Part shown: positions 13,901 to 26,842 of the stretch, in pieces
Layout of the letters: every line of letters starts with the position of its first letter
How positions within the stretch are numbered: position 1 is the stretch's first letter
NCBI GenBank assembly: GCA_030390025.1
Contig: CM059431.1
Location: forward strand, 149,608,001 to 149,672,000
Length of the DNA stretch: 64,000 bases
Source of the DNA: Squalus acanthias
Taxonomy: Eukaryota
Direction of reading: 5' to 3'
Translations under genes and position numbers: made by a program
Notes under the pieces: generated by a model
What the model was told of the DNA's origin: nothing
Seen by the model: only the letters and a program-made list of their open reading frames with translations
The model's database searches: none

Positions 13901-15633
13901 CCAATTGAGCAGGAGTCTCACCATCAGGGACACGTTTAAAGAGAGTTTTCTATCAGAGACCCCTTTTAAAGGGAGTCTCAACCTACTGGACCCATTTTAA
14001 AGAGAGCGACTTTCTATCAGGGACACCTTTTAAAGAGAGAGTCTCTCCACCAGGGACCCCTTTTAAAGAGGGAGTGTCTCAATCAGGGACACTTTTAAAG
14101 AGGGTGTTGCCCCATCATGGACCCCGTTTAAAGAGGGAGTCTCATCAACAGGGACCCCTTTTAAAGAGGGAGCATGCCCATCAGGTACCCCTTTTAAAAA
14201 ACGGAGCCTCATCATCATGGACCCATTTTAAAGAGAGAGTCTCACCATCAGGGATCCCTTTTACAGAGGGAGTTTCAGCATCAGGGACTGCTTTTAAAGA
14301 GATAGTCACTCCATCAGGGACCCCATTTAAAGAGAGAGTCTCATCATCAGGAACCGCTTTTAAAGAGATTTACGCCCGATCAGGGACCCCTTTTAAATAG
14401 GGCATCTGAACATCAGGGACCCCTTTTAAAGAGAGAGTCTTTCAATCAGGGCCCCCTTTTAAAGAGAGAGTATCCACATTAAGGAACCATTTAAAAGAGG
14501 CTCACCTTCAGGGACCCCTTTTAAAGAGGGTGTTTCAGCATCAAGGACTCCGATTAAAGAGGGAGTATCATAATCAGGGACCCATTTTAAAGAGAATGCC
14601 ACACCACCAGGGACCCCTTTTAAAGAGGTTCAGCATCAGGGACCGCTTTTAAAAAGATAATCTCTCCATCAGGGACCCCTTTTAAAGAGGGAGAGTCTCA
14701 ATAACGGGCCCCTTTTAAAGAGGGTGTCGACCCATCATGGACCCCTTTTAAAGAGGGAGTCTCACCATAAGGGACCCCGTTTAAAGAGAGATTCTCATCA
14801 TCAGGGATCCCTTTTAAAGAGGGATTCTCACCATCAGGGACCAATATTAAAGAGAGTTTTTCGATCAGGGACACCTTTTAAAGAGAGGGTCTCCCCATTA
14901 GGGAACCCTTTTAAAAAGTGTGTTTCAGCATCAGGGACACTTTTTAAAGAGGGAGACTTCCTATCAGGGACCGTTTTTAAAGAGAGATTCTCCCCATTAG
15001 GGACCCCTTTTAAAGAGGTTCACCATCAGCGACCCCTTTTAAATAGGGTGTTTCAGCAAAAGGGACTACTATTAATGAGAGAGATTCAGCATCAGGGACC
15101 GCTTTTAAAGAAATAGTCTCACCATCAGGGAGCCCTTTTATACAAGTTATATCACCATCCGGGACACCTTTTAAAGAGAGAGTCTCAAAATCAGGGGTCT
15201 ATTTTAAAGAGGGAGTCTCATTATCAGGGTCCCCTTTTAAAGAGGGAGTCTCAACATCAGGTACCCCTTTCAAAATAGAGTCTTTCTATCAGCTACCACT
15301 TTTAAAGAGAGAGTCTCTCCACCAGGGACCACTTTTAAAGAGGGAGCCCCACAATCGGGGACCCCTTTTAAAGAGGGAGTTTCAGCATCACGGACCCTTT
15401 TTAAAGAGTGAGTCTTACCATCTGGGATCCCTTTTAAAGACTGAGCCTCACCATTAGGCAGCCCTTTTAAAGAGGGAGTCTTTCTATCAGGGAGCCCTTT
15501 TAATGAGTGAGTCAGCATCAGGGATCCCTTTTAAAAGAGAGAGACTCACACTCAGGAATCCTTTTAAAGAGGGAGTGTCACTATCAGAGACCCTTTTAAA
15601 GAGGGATTCATTCAATCGGTCCCCTTTTAACAT

Positions 15634-18121
15634 GAGAAGTCGCACAACAGCAGGTTATAGTCCAACAGTTTTATTTAAAATTAAGAGCTTTCGGAGCTGT
15701 TGCCCCTTCGTCAGGTAAAGGTAAAATGAGGGAATCTATTACACAGTATATATACAAAGAGAGCAATTTGTCTGCAGAGGTACAATCTTTTAGGGAAGCA
15801 TTGCATCAAAGACGCATCAGAGTACAGCTAAGACAATGAAATGGGTCACAGGGGTTCCAACGTGTCAAATCCTGCCGTCTGCAGTTGAGCTTTTAACTTT
15901 TTTTTTTGGGGTGGTTTTTTGTGATTTTTTTTAAAACTGGAAAGACAGACAACGAAGTCGAGTCACGTTCTGTAGCGTGACATGAACCCGAGATCCCTAT
16001 TGAGGCCGTCCTCATGGGTACAGAACTTGGCTATCAGTTTCGGCTCGATTATTTTGCGTTGTCGTGTGTCTCGAAGCCCGCCTTGGAGAACGCTAACCGC
16101 AGATCCGAGGCTGAATGTCCTTGACTGCTGAAGTGTTCCCCGACTGGGAGGTAACAATCCTGCATACCGATTGTTGTGCGGTGTCCGTTCATATGTTGTC
16201 TCAGTGTCTGCATGGTCTCGCCGATGTACCATGCTCCGGGGAATTCTTTCCTGCAACGTATGAGGTAGACAACGTTGGCCGAGTCACAAGATTATGTACC
16301 ATGTACCTGGTGTGTAGTGCCCTCACGTGTGATGATGGTGTCTGTGTTGATGATCTGGCATGTCTTGCAGAGGTTGCTGTGGCAGGGTTGTGTGTTGTCG
16401 TGGTCGCTGTTCTCCTGACAGCTGGGTACTTTGCTGCGAACGATGGTACTTTTGAGGTTAGGCGGCTGCTTGAAGGTGAGTAGTGGAGGCGTGGAGATGG
16501 CCTTAGCAAGGTGTTCGTCGTCATCGATGACATGTTGAAGGCTGCGAATAACATGGCGTAGTTTCTCCGCTCCGGGGAAGTACAGGACGACGTAGGGTAC
16601 TCTGTTGGTTGTGTCCCGTGTTCACCTTCTGAGGAGGTCTATGCGGTTTTTCGCTGTGGCCCGTCAGATCTGTCGATCGACGAGTCGAGCGTCATATCCT
16701 GTTCTTACGAGGGCGTCTTTCATTGTCCGTAGGTGTCCATCGCGTTCCTCCTCGTCTGAGCAGATCCTGTTTATTCGCAGGGCTTGTCCATAGGGGATGG
16801 CTTCTTTAACGTGGTTAGGGTGGAATCTGGAGAAGTGGAGCATTATGAGGTTGTCCGTGGGCTTGCGGTAGAGTGAAGTGCTGAGGTGTTCATCTTTGAT
16901 TGAGATTCGTGTGTCCAAGAATGACACCGATGCTGAGGATTAGTCCATGGTGAGTTTGATGGTGGGATGTAACCTGTTGATGTTATCGTGTAGTCCTTTC
17001 AGTGATCCTTCGCCGTTGGTCCAAAGGAAGAAGATGTCGTAGATGTGTCTTTTGCACAGCGTTGGTTCGAGGTCCTGTGCAGCGATGAAGTCTTGCTCGA
17101 ACTTGTGCATGAAGATGTTGGCGTATTGGGGTGCGAATTTGGTCCCCATGGCTGTTCCGTGTGTTTGCTAAAAAACTGGTTGTCGAAGGTGAAGACATTG
17201 TGGTCAAGGATGAAGCAGTGGAGTTGCAGGATGGCGTCTGGAGATTGGCTGTTGTTGGTGTTGAGTACTGAGGCTGTCGCAGCGGTGCCGTCATCGTGGG
17301 TGATATTGGTGTAGAGTGCCGATACGTCCATCGTGGCGAGGAGTGTTCCTGGTTCAACTGGTCCATGGGTGCTGAGTTTCTGCAAGAAATCTGTAGTGTG
17401 GCGACAGAAGCTGGGGGTTCCCTCTTCGATGGGTTTCAGGAAGGCCTCGACGTACCCAGTGAGTTTCGCACAGAGGGTTCCATTGCCTGATGTGATAGGA
17501 CGTCCAGGTGTGTTGGCTTTGTGAATCTTTGGGAGGCAGTAGAAGTCTCCTACGTGGGGAGTACGTGGGATGAGAGCGCATAGGATGTTTTGAAAGTCTG
17601 GATCGAAGGTCTTGATCAGTCTATTGAGTTGGCGGATGTGTTCTTTGGTCGGATCTGCAGGTAACTCTCTGTAGTGTTCCTGGTTGTCCAGTTGTCTGTA
17701 TGCTTCTTTGCAATAGTCCTTTCTGTTCTGTATGACGATGGCTCCTCCTTTGACCGCTGGTTTGATGACGATGTTGCGGTTGGTCTTGAGAGCGTGGATG
17801 GCGTTGCGTTGTGCTCGGGTGATATTCTGGACTGTCTTGTGAGTGCGGCTGATGAATCTGGCGTTGATGCATTTCCTGACAGCTTGAGCATACATGTAAA
17901 GTTTAGGGTAGCGACCCTCCGGACGGGTCCAATTTGCAGACAAATTGCTCTCTGTGTATATATACTGAGTAATAGATTCCCTCATTGTACCTTTACCTGA
18001 CGAAGGGGCAACAGCTCCGAAAGCTCGTAATTTTAAATAAAACTTTTGGTCTTTAACCTGGTGTTGTGCGACTTCTCATTTTTGTCCACCCCAGTCCAAC
18101 AACGGCATCTCCGCATCATGA
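15634..18121 (-). mobile_element. Penelope-like retroelement (RT plus GIY-YIG endonuclease), 5'-truncated, with an inverted pseudo-LTR
   Basis: PLE RT motifs IVIKPAVKGGAIVI, FYCLPKIHK, PGRPI, LATMDVSALYTNI, MGTKFAPQYANIFM, FLDTRI and TSLYRKPTD. 15634-15778 is an inverted repeat of ~17935-18079. 12-bp TSD CCCTTTTAACAT at 15622-15633 and 18122-18133. Confidence 0.93.
17997..18028 (+). ncRNA. Minimal hammerhead-ribozyme-like motif in the PLE pseudo-LTR; inverted copy at 15685-15714
   Basis: CTGACGA, hairpin GGGGC-AACA-GCTCC, then GAAA-GCT. PLE pseudo-LTRs are known to carry minimal hammerheads. Helix I and the cleavage site were not resolved. Confidence 0.6.
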
Positions 18122-18128
18122 CCCTTTT

Positions 18129-20540
18129 AACATAGAAGCAAAGGAACATAGAAGACAGGAGCAGCAGTAGACCATTCGGTCCCTCGAGCCTGCTCCACCA
18201 TTCAATGCGATCATGGCTGATCATCCAAGTTCAGTACCCTGCCCCTGTTTTCTCCCCATATCCCTTGATGACCTTAGCCTCAAGAAATATATCGAACTAC
18301 TTCTTGAATATATTTAATGAATTGGACTCAACTGTCTTCAGCGGTAGATAATTCCACAGGTTCACCACTCTCTGGGTGAATAAATTCCTCATCTCAGTCC
18401 TAAATGGCTTACCCCTTATCTTTAGACTGTGACCCCTGCTTCTGGACACCCCCGCCATCGGGAACATCATTCCTGCATGTAGTCTGTCTAGTCCGGTTAG
18501 AATTTTATAAGTTTCAATGAGATCCCCTCTTCTTCTAAACTCGAGCGAATACATGCCCAATCGACACAATCTCTCTTCATACATCATTCCTGCCATCCCA
18601 GGTATCAGCCTGGTGAATCTTCGCTGCACTCCCTCCTTGGCAAGAACATCCTTCCTCAGATAAGGCGACCAAAACTGCACACAATACTTAAGGTGTGGTC
18701 TCACCAAGGCCCTGTACAACTACAGCAAGACATCCTTGCTCCTGTACTCGAATCCTCTCGCTATGAAGTCCAACATACCATTTACCTTCTTAACCGTCTG
18801 TTGCACCTGCATGCTTACCTTCAGCGATTGGTGCACAAGGACACCCAGGTCTCGTTGCACTTCCCCTTTTCCCAATCTATTGCCGTTCAGATAATAATCT
18901 GCATTCTTGTTTTTGCCACCAAAGTGGATAACCTCGCATTTATCCACATTATACTGCATCTGCCATGCATCTGCCCAATCACCCCACATGTCCAAATCAT
19001 GCTGGAGTTTCTCTGCATCCTCCTCACAGCACACACGATCACCCAGCTTTGTGTCGTCTGTAAACTTGGAGCTATTACATCTAGTTCCCCCGTCTAGATC
19101 ATTAATATATATTGTGAATAACTGGGGTCCTGGCATCGATCCCTGCGGTACCCCACTAGTCACTGCCTGCCACTTGGAAAAATACCCGTTTATTCCAACT
19201 CTAGGCTTCCTGTTTCCCATCCAGTTTTCTATCCAAATCAGTACTTTACCCCCAATCCCATGTGCTTTAACTTTGCACTTTAATCTCCTATGCGGGACCT
19301 TATCGAAAGCTTTCTGAAAGTCCAAATTCCAAATCATCCACTCGTTCTCCCTTATCTATTCTACCAGTTATATCCTCAAAAAATTCCGATAGATTAGCCA
19401 AGCATGATTTATCTTTTGTAAATCCATGATAACTTTGTCCGATCCTGTCACTTTTTTTAAGTGCTCTGCTATTACATCTTTGAAAATGGACTCCAGCATT
19501 TTCCCCACTACCGATGTCATGCTTACCGGTCTATAATTTCCCATTTTCTCTCTTCCACCTTTTTTAAATAGTGGGGTTGCAGTAGCTACCCTCCAATCCA
19601 TGGGAACTGTTCCAGAGTCGATTGAGTTTTGGAAGATGACCAGCATTGCGTCTACTATTTCTAGGGCCACTTCCTTAAGTATCCTAGGATGTAGATTATC
19701 ATGCCCTGGTGATTTATCAGCCTTAAATCCATTAATTTCCTGAGCACCATTTCCCGACAAATACTGATTTAATTCAGTTCCTCCCTCTCATTAGACCCTA
19801 TTTTCCCCGAGATCTCTGAAAGTTTATTCGTGTCCTCTTTTGTGAAGACAGAACCTAAGTATGTATTTAAATGTTTTTTTACCATTTCTTTGTTCCCCAT
19901 TATAAATTCCCCTGATTCTGACTGCAAGGTACGTACGCTTGGCCTCAACAATGTTTTTTCTCTTCACATATCTATAGAAGCATTTACAGTCAGTTTTTAT
20001 GTTCCCAGAAAGCTTACTCACATACTCTATTTTCCCCCTCTTAATTAAGCCTTTTGTCCTCCTTTGCTGAATCCTAAACTGCTCCCAATCCTCAGGTTTG
20101 CTTCTTTTTCTAGACAATTTATATGTCCTCTCCTTGGATCATATGCTATCCCTAATTTCCCTTGTTAGCCACGGTTGTGTCACCTTTTTATTTTTATTTT
20201 TATGCCAAACAGCGATTAACAAATTCTGCAGTCCATCCATGAGATCTTTCAATGTTTGCCATTGCCTATCCACCATCAACCCTTTAAGTAACGCTCCCCA
20301 AAACACCCTAGCCAACTCGCGCCTCATACCACCGTAGTTTCCTTTATTTAAATTCAGGACCCCAGACTCTGAGTCAACTACTTCACTCTCCATCTTAAAG
20401 AAGAATTCTATCATATTATGATCGCTCCTTACCAAGGGGCCTCGCACAACAAGATTGCTAATTAATCCTTTCTCATTACGTAATACCCTGTCTAAGATGG
20501 CCTGATCTCTAGTTGGTTCCTCGACATATTGGTCCAGGAA
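18129..20540 (-). mobile_element. CR1 LINE, 5'-truncated and decayed (end of the endonuclease plus RT)
   Basis: Minus-strand ORFs with RSDHNMIEF, NYRPVSMTS, LDFQKAFDKVPH, KFTDDTK and YCVQFWSP. TTCTATG-type tail at 18129-18155. Confidence 0.93.
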
Positions 20541-21198
20541 AGAGGGAGAACCAGTGGATGTGGTATATTTGTACCATCAAAAGCCTTTTTATTAAGGTTC
20601 CGCATAAGAGATTAGCGTGTAAAGTTAAGGCACATGGGATTGGGGGCAAGGTATTGACTTAGATAGAGAACTGGTTTGCAGACAGAAAGCAAAGTGTTGG
20701 AATAAACGGGTCTTTTTCCGAGTGGCTGGCAGTGACTAGTGGGGTACCGCAGGGATCGGTCCTTGGACCCCAGCTATTCACAATATATATTAATCATCCA
20801 GACAAGGGAACTAGATGTAATATCTCCACGTTTGCAGACGACACAAAACTGGGTGGGCGTGTGTGCTGCGAGGAGGATGCCGAGAAACTCCAGGATGATT
20901 TGGACAGTTTGGGTGATTGGGCAGAAGCGTGGGAGATGCAATATAACGTGGATAAATGCGAGGTTATCCACTTTGGTGTCAACAACAGAAAGGCAGATTA
21001 TTATCTGAATGGCAATAGATTTGGAGAAGGGCAACGAGACCTGGGTGTCCTTGTGCACCAGTCGCTCAACGTAAGCATGCAGGTGCAGCAGGCGTTTAAG
21101 AAGGCAAATGGTATGTTGGCCTTCATAGCGCGTGGGTTTAAGGACAGGAACAAGGATGTCTTGCTGCAGTTGTACAGGGACTTGGTGAGACCACACCT
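20541..21198 (+). mobile_element. CR1 RT fragment, same subfamily as 2742-6313; its likely 3' end lies at 22268-22340
   Basis: Runs from SGVPQGSVLGP through FADDTKLGG to LVRPHL. Collinear with 5119-5760. Confidence 0.88.
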
Positions 21199-22267
21199 TG
21201 ATCTCATTAAATGTAACATATCAAAGTTTGCAGATGATACAAAGATGGGAGGGAAAGTAGAAAGTGGGGAGGACATAAAAATCCTACAAGGGGATATAAA
21301 CAGGCTGGGTGAGTGGGCGGAGATTTGGCAGATGCAATACAATATTGGAAAATGTGAGGTTATGCCCTTTGGCAGGAAAAATCAGAGAGCAAGTTATTAT
21401 CTTAATGAAGAGAATCTGGAAAGTACTGCAGTACAAAGGTATCTGGGGGTCCTAGTGCAAGAAAATCAAAAAGTTAGTATGCAGGTGCAGCAGGTGATCA
21501 AGAACGCCACCGGAATGTTGGCTTTTATTGCTAGGGGGTTAGATTATAAAAAAACAGGGAGGTATTGCTGCAGTTATTTAAGGTATTGGTGAGACCACAC
21601 CTGGAATACTGCATACAGTTTTGGTGTCCATACTTAAGAAAATACATACTTGCTCTCGAGGCAGTACAAAGAAGGTTCACTCGGGTAATCCCGGGGATGA
21701 AGGGCTGGACATATGAGGAGAGGTTGAGTAGATTGGGACACTACTCCTTGGAGTTCAGAAGAATAAGAGGCGATCTTATTGAAACATATAAGATTGTTAA
21801 GGGGATTGATCGGGTGGATGCGGTACGGATGTTCCCAAGGATGGGTGAAACTCGAACTAGGGGGCATAATCTTAGAATAAGGGGCTGCTCTTTCAAAACT
21901 GAGATGAGGAGAAACTTTTTCACTCAGAGGGTAGTAGGTCTGTGGAATTTGCTGCCCCAGGAAGTTATGGAAGCTACATCATTAAATAAATTTAAAACAG
22001 AAATAGACAGTTTCCTAGAAGTAAAGGAAATTAGCGGTTATGGGGAACGGACAGGTAATTTGACATAAGGCTGTGTTCGGATCGGTCAAGGCCCTGTGGG
22101 TGGCGGAGCGGGCCCTGGGGCTGAGTGGCCGCGTCTTGCTCCTACTTCTTGTGTTCTTTAGATTTGAGGTTAGGATCAGATCAGCCATGATCTTATTGAA
22201 TGGCGGAGCAGGCTCGAGGGCCGATTGGCATACTCCTGCTCCTATTTCTTATGTTCTTATGTTCTTA
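21199..22267 (+). mobile_element. CR1 3' fragment of a different subfamily nested in the preceding copy
   Basis: RT restarts at KCNISKFADDTKMGG and continues to the C-terminus at 22068. Tail (ATGTTCTT)n at ~22250-22267. Confidence 0.88.
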
Positions 22268-22340
22268 AATGGCGGAACAGGCTCGAGGGGCCGAATGGCC
22301 TACGCCTACTCCTATCTTCTATGTTTCTATGTTTGTATGT
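22268..22340 (+). mobile_element. CR1 3' UTR end and tail
   Basis: Matches 6252-6313 and ends TTCTATGTTTCTATGTTTGTATGT. Confidence 0.85.
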
Positions 22341-23609
22341 AGTCTTGCTATTTGGGGAACCTTTTAAAGAGACATAGTCAACATCAGGGACACCTTTTAA
22401 AGAGGGAGTGGCTTCATCATGGACACTTTTTAAAGAGGGTTATCCCCATCAGGGAACACTTTTATAGAGAGAGTCTCATCATCAGGGACTCCTTTTAACG
22501 AGCGAGTCTCACCATCACGGACGTCTTTAAAAGAGAGATCTCATCTTCAGAACCATTTAAAGAGGGAGTCTTTCTATCAGGGAGCGCTTTTAAAGAGGGT
22601 GTCAACATCGGCGACCCATTTTAAAGAGAGAGTACTTCTATCAACGGCATCTTTTAAAGAGAGAGTCTTTTTATCAGGGAACCCATTTAATGAGGGAGTG
22701 TCTCCATCAGGGACACCTTTTAAACAGGGAGTCTCACCATAAGGTACCCCTTTTAAAGAGGGAGACTCAACTTCTGGGATCCCTTTCAAAGAGAGAGTCT
22801 CGCCATCAGAGACCCCTTTTAAAGAAAGAGTCTCCCCATTATGGATCGGTTTTAAAGAGGGAGTCTCGCCACCAGAGACAATTTTAAAAAGGGAGTATTT
22901 CTATCAGGGAGCCCTTTAAAATATGCAGTCTCACCCTTGGGGACCCATTTCAAAGAGAGTGTCTTTCTATCAAGGTCCCCTTTTAAAGAAAGAGGCTTTC
23001 TATCAAGGTCCCCTTTAAAAGAGGGAGTCTCACCAGCAGGGACTCCTTTCAAAGATGGAGTCTCACCATCAGGTACCCCTTTTAAAGAGTGTCACCCCAT
23101 CAGGGTCCCATTTTAAAGAGCGTCTCACTCTAAGGGACCCCTTTTAAAGAGGAGTCTCACAATCAGGGCCCCCTTTTAAAGTGGGAGTGTCGCCTTCAGG
23201 GGCACCTTTTAAAGAGGGAGTCTCACCATAAGGGATCTCTTTTAAAAGGGAGTCTCAGCATCAGTGACCTATTTTAACGATAGAGTCTCCCCATTTGGCA
23301 TCCCATTGATGGATGAAGTCTCACCATCAGGGAACCCTTTTAAAGCGGCAGTCTTTCTATCAGGGGTTCTATTAAGGACGGAGTCTCACCATCAGAGACC
23401 CATTTACAGAAGGAGTATTTCTATCAGGGAGCCCTTTTGAAGTGAGTCTTACTTTCAGGGACCTCTTTTAAAGTGTGAGTGTCACCATCAGAGAATCATT
23501 TTTAGCAATGAGTCTCAAATACAGGGACGCCTTTTAAAGTGAGACTGTCACTATCAGGGACCTCTTTTAAAGTGAGAGTCTCGCCATCAGAGACCCTTTT
23601 AAAAAGAGA

Positions 23610-24112
23610 GGGCTGGATTTTCATTGACCACGATTGTGAAACATGGCAGCAGCACATTTCGATAGCTGACTATCAGCTACAGGTCCACTATTACAACGGA
23701 GATCTGATGAAGGTAATAGTAATATTAGGTCTGAAAGTCAGCTCTGATGCTTCTGCATTGAAGGATCGGAGACTGCCTGACCTTTGCTGTGAGAGAACCT
23801 AGATGCCAAAAAAATCTATCTCTCTCTATCTCTCTCTCTCCAGACATGGAGCTGCTGCTCATTTTGCATCCAGGTCCTCTCACAACAAAGGCCAGGCAGT
23901 CTCTGACCTCCAATGCAGCAGCAATGATGACATCATCAGAGGCGACTGTCAGACAGAAACCACTAATTGGTTCATGGGTTCCCACATGCTGGAACTCAAT
24001 TGCACAATTAGGTGAAAATTGCATCAATCTCCCACATCCAATTGCAGTCGGGTGGATAACACGAAATGCGGATGACACGAACCCAACCAGCCCAAGTATC
24101 AAAATCAAGCCC
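23610..24112. mobile_element. Non-autonomous DNA transposon (MITE, PIF/Harbinger-like), internally shortened copy
   Basis: Terminal inverted repeats GGGCTGGATTTT...AAAATCAAGCCC and 3-bp TSD AGA (23607-23609, 24113-24115). The interior is the reverse complement of 40193-40620. Confidence 0.85.
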
Positions 24113-25418
24113 AGAGTCTTTTAATCAGGGATCCCTTTTAAAGTGAATCTTCCTATTCGGCAAAAATTTTTAAGAGAGAGTCTCACCAACAGGGACACCT
24201 TTTAAAGAGGGAATGTCTCCATCAGGGACATATTTTAAAGAGGGTGTCTCCCTATCAGGAACGATTTTAAATAGAGAGTCTCACCATCAGGGACCCCTTT
24301 TAAAGAGGGTGCCTCACCATCAGGGATCGCTTTTGAGGAGAGAGTCTCGCCATCAGGGACACCTTTTAAAGAGAGAGTCACTCCATCTGGTACCCCTATT
24401 AAAGAGAGAGTCTCACCATCAGGGACCCCTTTTAAAGAGAGAGTCTCACCATCAGGGATACCTTTTAAATAGAGATTCTCTCCATCAGGGATCACTTTTA
24501 AAGAGAGAATCGCACCATCAAGGATCCCTTTTAAGTAGGGAGTCTCACCATCAGGCATCTGTTTTAAAGAGGGCGTCTCAATATCAGGGATCACTATTAA
24601 AGAGAGAGTCTCACCATCAGGGACCCCTTTTAAAGAGGGAGTCTCACCATTAAGGAAACCCCTTTTAAAGAGAGAGTCTCACCATCAGGGACCCTTTTTA
24701 AAGAGGGAGTCTAACCTTCAGGACCCCTTTTAAAGAGGGCGTCTCAACATCAGGGACCACATTTAAAGATGGACTCTCACCATTAGGGACCCCTTTTAAA
24801 GAGGGAGTCTCACCATCAGGGACCTCTTTTAAAGAGGGAGTCCCCCATCAGGGATCCCGTTTAAGGATAGTCTCACCATCAGGGACCCCGTTTAAAGAGG
24901 GAATCTCCCAATTCGGGACCCATTTTAAAGAGGGAGACTCACCATCAGGGACCCTTTCAAAGAGGGTGTCTTTCTATCAGGAAGCCCTTTTAAAGATGGA
25001 GTCACACCCTCAAGGGACCCATTTTAAATTCAGAGTCTTTCTATTAAGAACACCGTTGAAAGAGTGAGCCTTTCTGTCAGGGACGTCTTTTAAAGAGAAT
25101 CTTCCGATTAGGGACACCTTTTAAAGAGAGAGTCTCACCATCAAGAACCCCTTTTAAAGAGGTAGTGTCTCCATCAGGGACACTTTTAAAAAGAGGGTGT
25201 TTCCCCAGCAGGGACCCCTTTTAAAGAGGGAGTCTCACCATCATGGAACATTTTTAAAGAGGAGTCTCACGATCTGGGCCCCTTTTGAAGAGGGAGTATC
25301 CCGATCAGGAAGCCCTTTTAAATAGAGAATCTTTCCACCAAGGACCCCTTTTAACGAGGGAGTCTCACCATTCGGGATCCTGTTTAAAGATTGAGTTTCA
25401 GCATCAGGGACCGCTTTT

Positions 25419-26842
25419 TCCATTATTCAAGAAGGGCAATAGTGATAAACCAGGGAATTACAGGCCACTGAGCCTAACATCAGTGATAGGGAAATTATTG
25501 GATACAATTCTGAGGGACAGAATCAGTCTCCACTTGGAGAGGCAAGAATTAATCAAGGATAGTCAGCATGGCTTTGTCAAGGGGAGAGCATGTCTAACCA
25601 ATTTGATTGAATTTTTCGAGGGGCTGACTAGGTTTGTGGATGAGGATAGTGCAGTTGATGTAGTCTACATGGTCTTCAGTAAGGCTTTTGACAAAGTCTC
25701 GCATGGGAGACTAGTCAAGAAGGTAAGAGGCCATGGGGTCCAGGGCAATTTGGCACATTGGATTTAAAATTTGTTTAGTGGCAGGAGGCAGAGGGTGATG
25801 ATCAAACGTTATTTTTGTGACTGGAAGCCTGTGTCCAGTGGTGTACCACAGGCATCGGTGCTGGGTCCCTTGCTGTTTGTAGTGTACATTAATGATTTAG
25901 ATATGAATGTAGGAGGTATGATCAGTACGTTCGCAGATGACACGAAAATTGTTGGAGTGGTAAATAGCGAGGATGGAAGCCTCAGGCTACATAACAATAT
26001 AGAGAGGTTGGTCAGATGGGCAGAACAGTGGCAATTGGAATATAACCCTGAAAAGAGTGAGGTGATGCATTTTGGGAGGACTAACAAGGCAAGGGAATAA
26101 ACTATGAATGTTAGGACCCTAGGAAGGACAGAGGATCAGAAGGGACCTTGGTGTGCATGTACATAGATCCCTGAAGGCAGCAGGACAGGTAGATAAGGTG
26201 GTTAAGAAACCATTTGGGATACGTGCCTTCATTAGCCGAGGCATAGAATATAAGAACAGGGAGGTTATGATGGAGCTGTACATAACGCAAGTTAGGCCAC
26301 AGCTGGAATACTGTGTGCAGTTCTGGTCGCCACACTATAGGAGGGATGTGATTGCATTAGAGAGGATGCAGAGGAGATTCACCAGGATGTTACCTGGGCC
26401 GGAAAATGAAGAGAGACTGGAGAGGCTGTGGTTGTTTTCCTTAGAGCAGAGATGGCTGCGGGTGGACCTGATGAGGTGTACAAAATTATGAGGGGCATAG
26501 ATAGGGTAGTTAGAAATGAACGTTTCCCCTTAGTAGAGGGGTCAATAACCAGGGGGCATAGTTTCAAGGTAAGGGGCAGGAGGTTTAGAATGGATTTGAG
26601 GAAAATAATTTCACCCAGAGAGTGGTTGGAATCTTGAACTTACTGCCTGAAAGTTTGGTAGAGGCAGGAATACTCACAACATTCAAGAAGCATTTAGATG
26701 AACACTTGAAACGCCACAGCTTACAAGGCTGCGGAACAAATGCTGGAAAATGGGATTAGAGAAAATATTCCCTGACGGCCGGCGCAGACACGATGGGCCG
26801 AAGGGCCTCTTTCTGTGCTGTATAACTCTCTGAATCTATGAC
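25419..26842 (+). mobile_element. CR1 (HER1-like) LINE, 5'-truncated RT with complete 3' end
   Basis: Runs from PLFKKGNSDKPGNYRPLSLTS through FADDTK to LEYCVQFWSPH. Collinear with 9630-11002. Tail CTCTGAATCTATGA. Confidence 0.93.

Noticed and set aside
20732..21592. 286-aa ORF with two FADD motifs as a novel tandem-RT protein
   Set aside because: It is a chance in-frame junction of two CR1 fragments at 21198/21199, and both are partial and decayed.
18129..22340. Single twin-primed (inverted) CR1 insertion
   Set aside because: The arms overlap in RT content, each has its own 3' tail, and they look like different subfamilies, so independent insertions fit better.
25285..25767. Satellite-RT fusion ORF
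   Set aside because: It is read-through from satellite B into a 5'-truncated CR1, with no sign of function.
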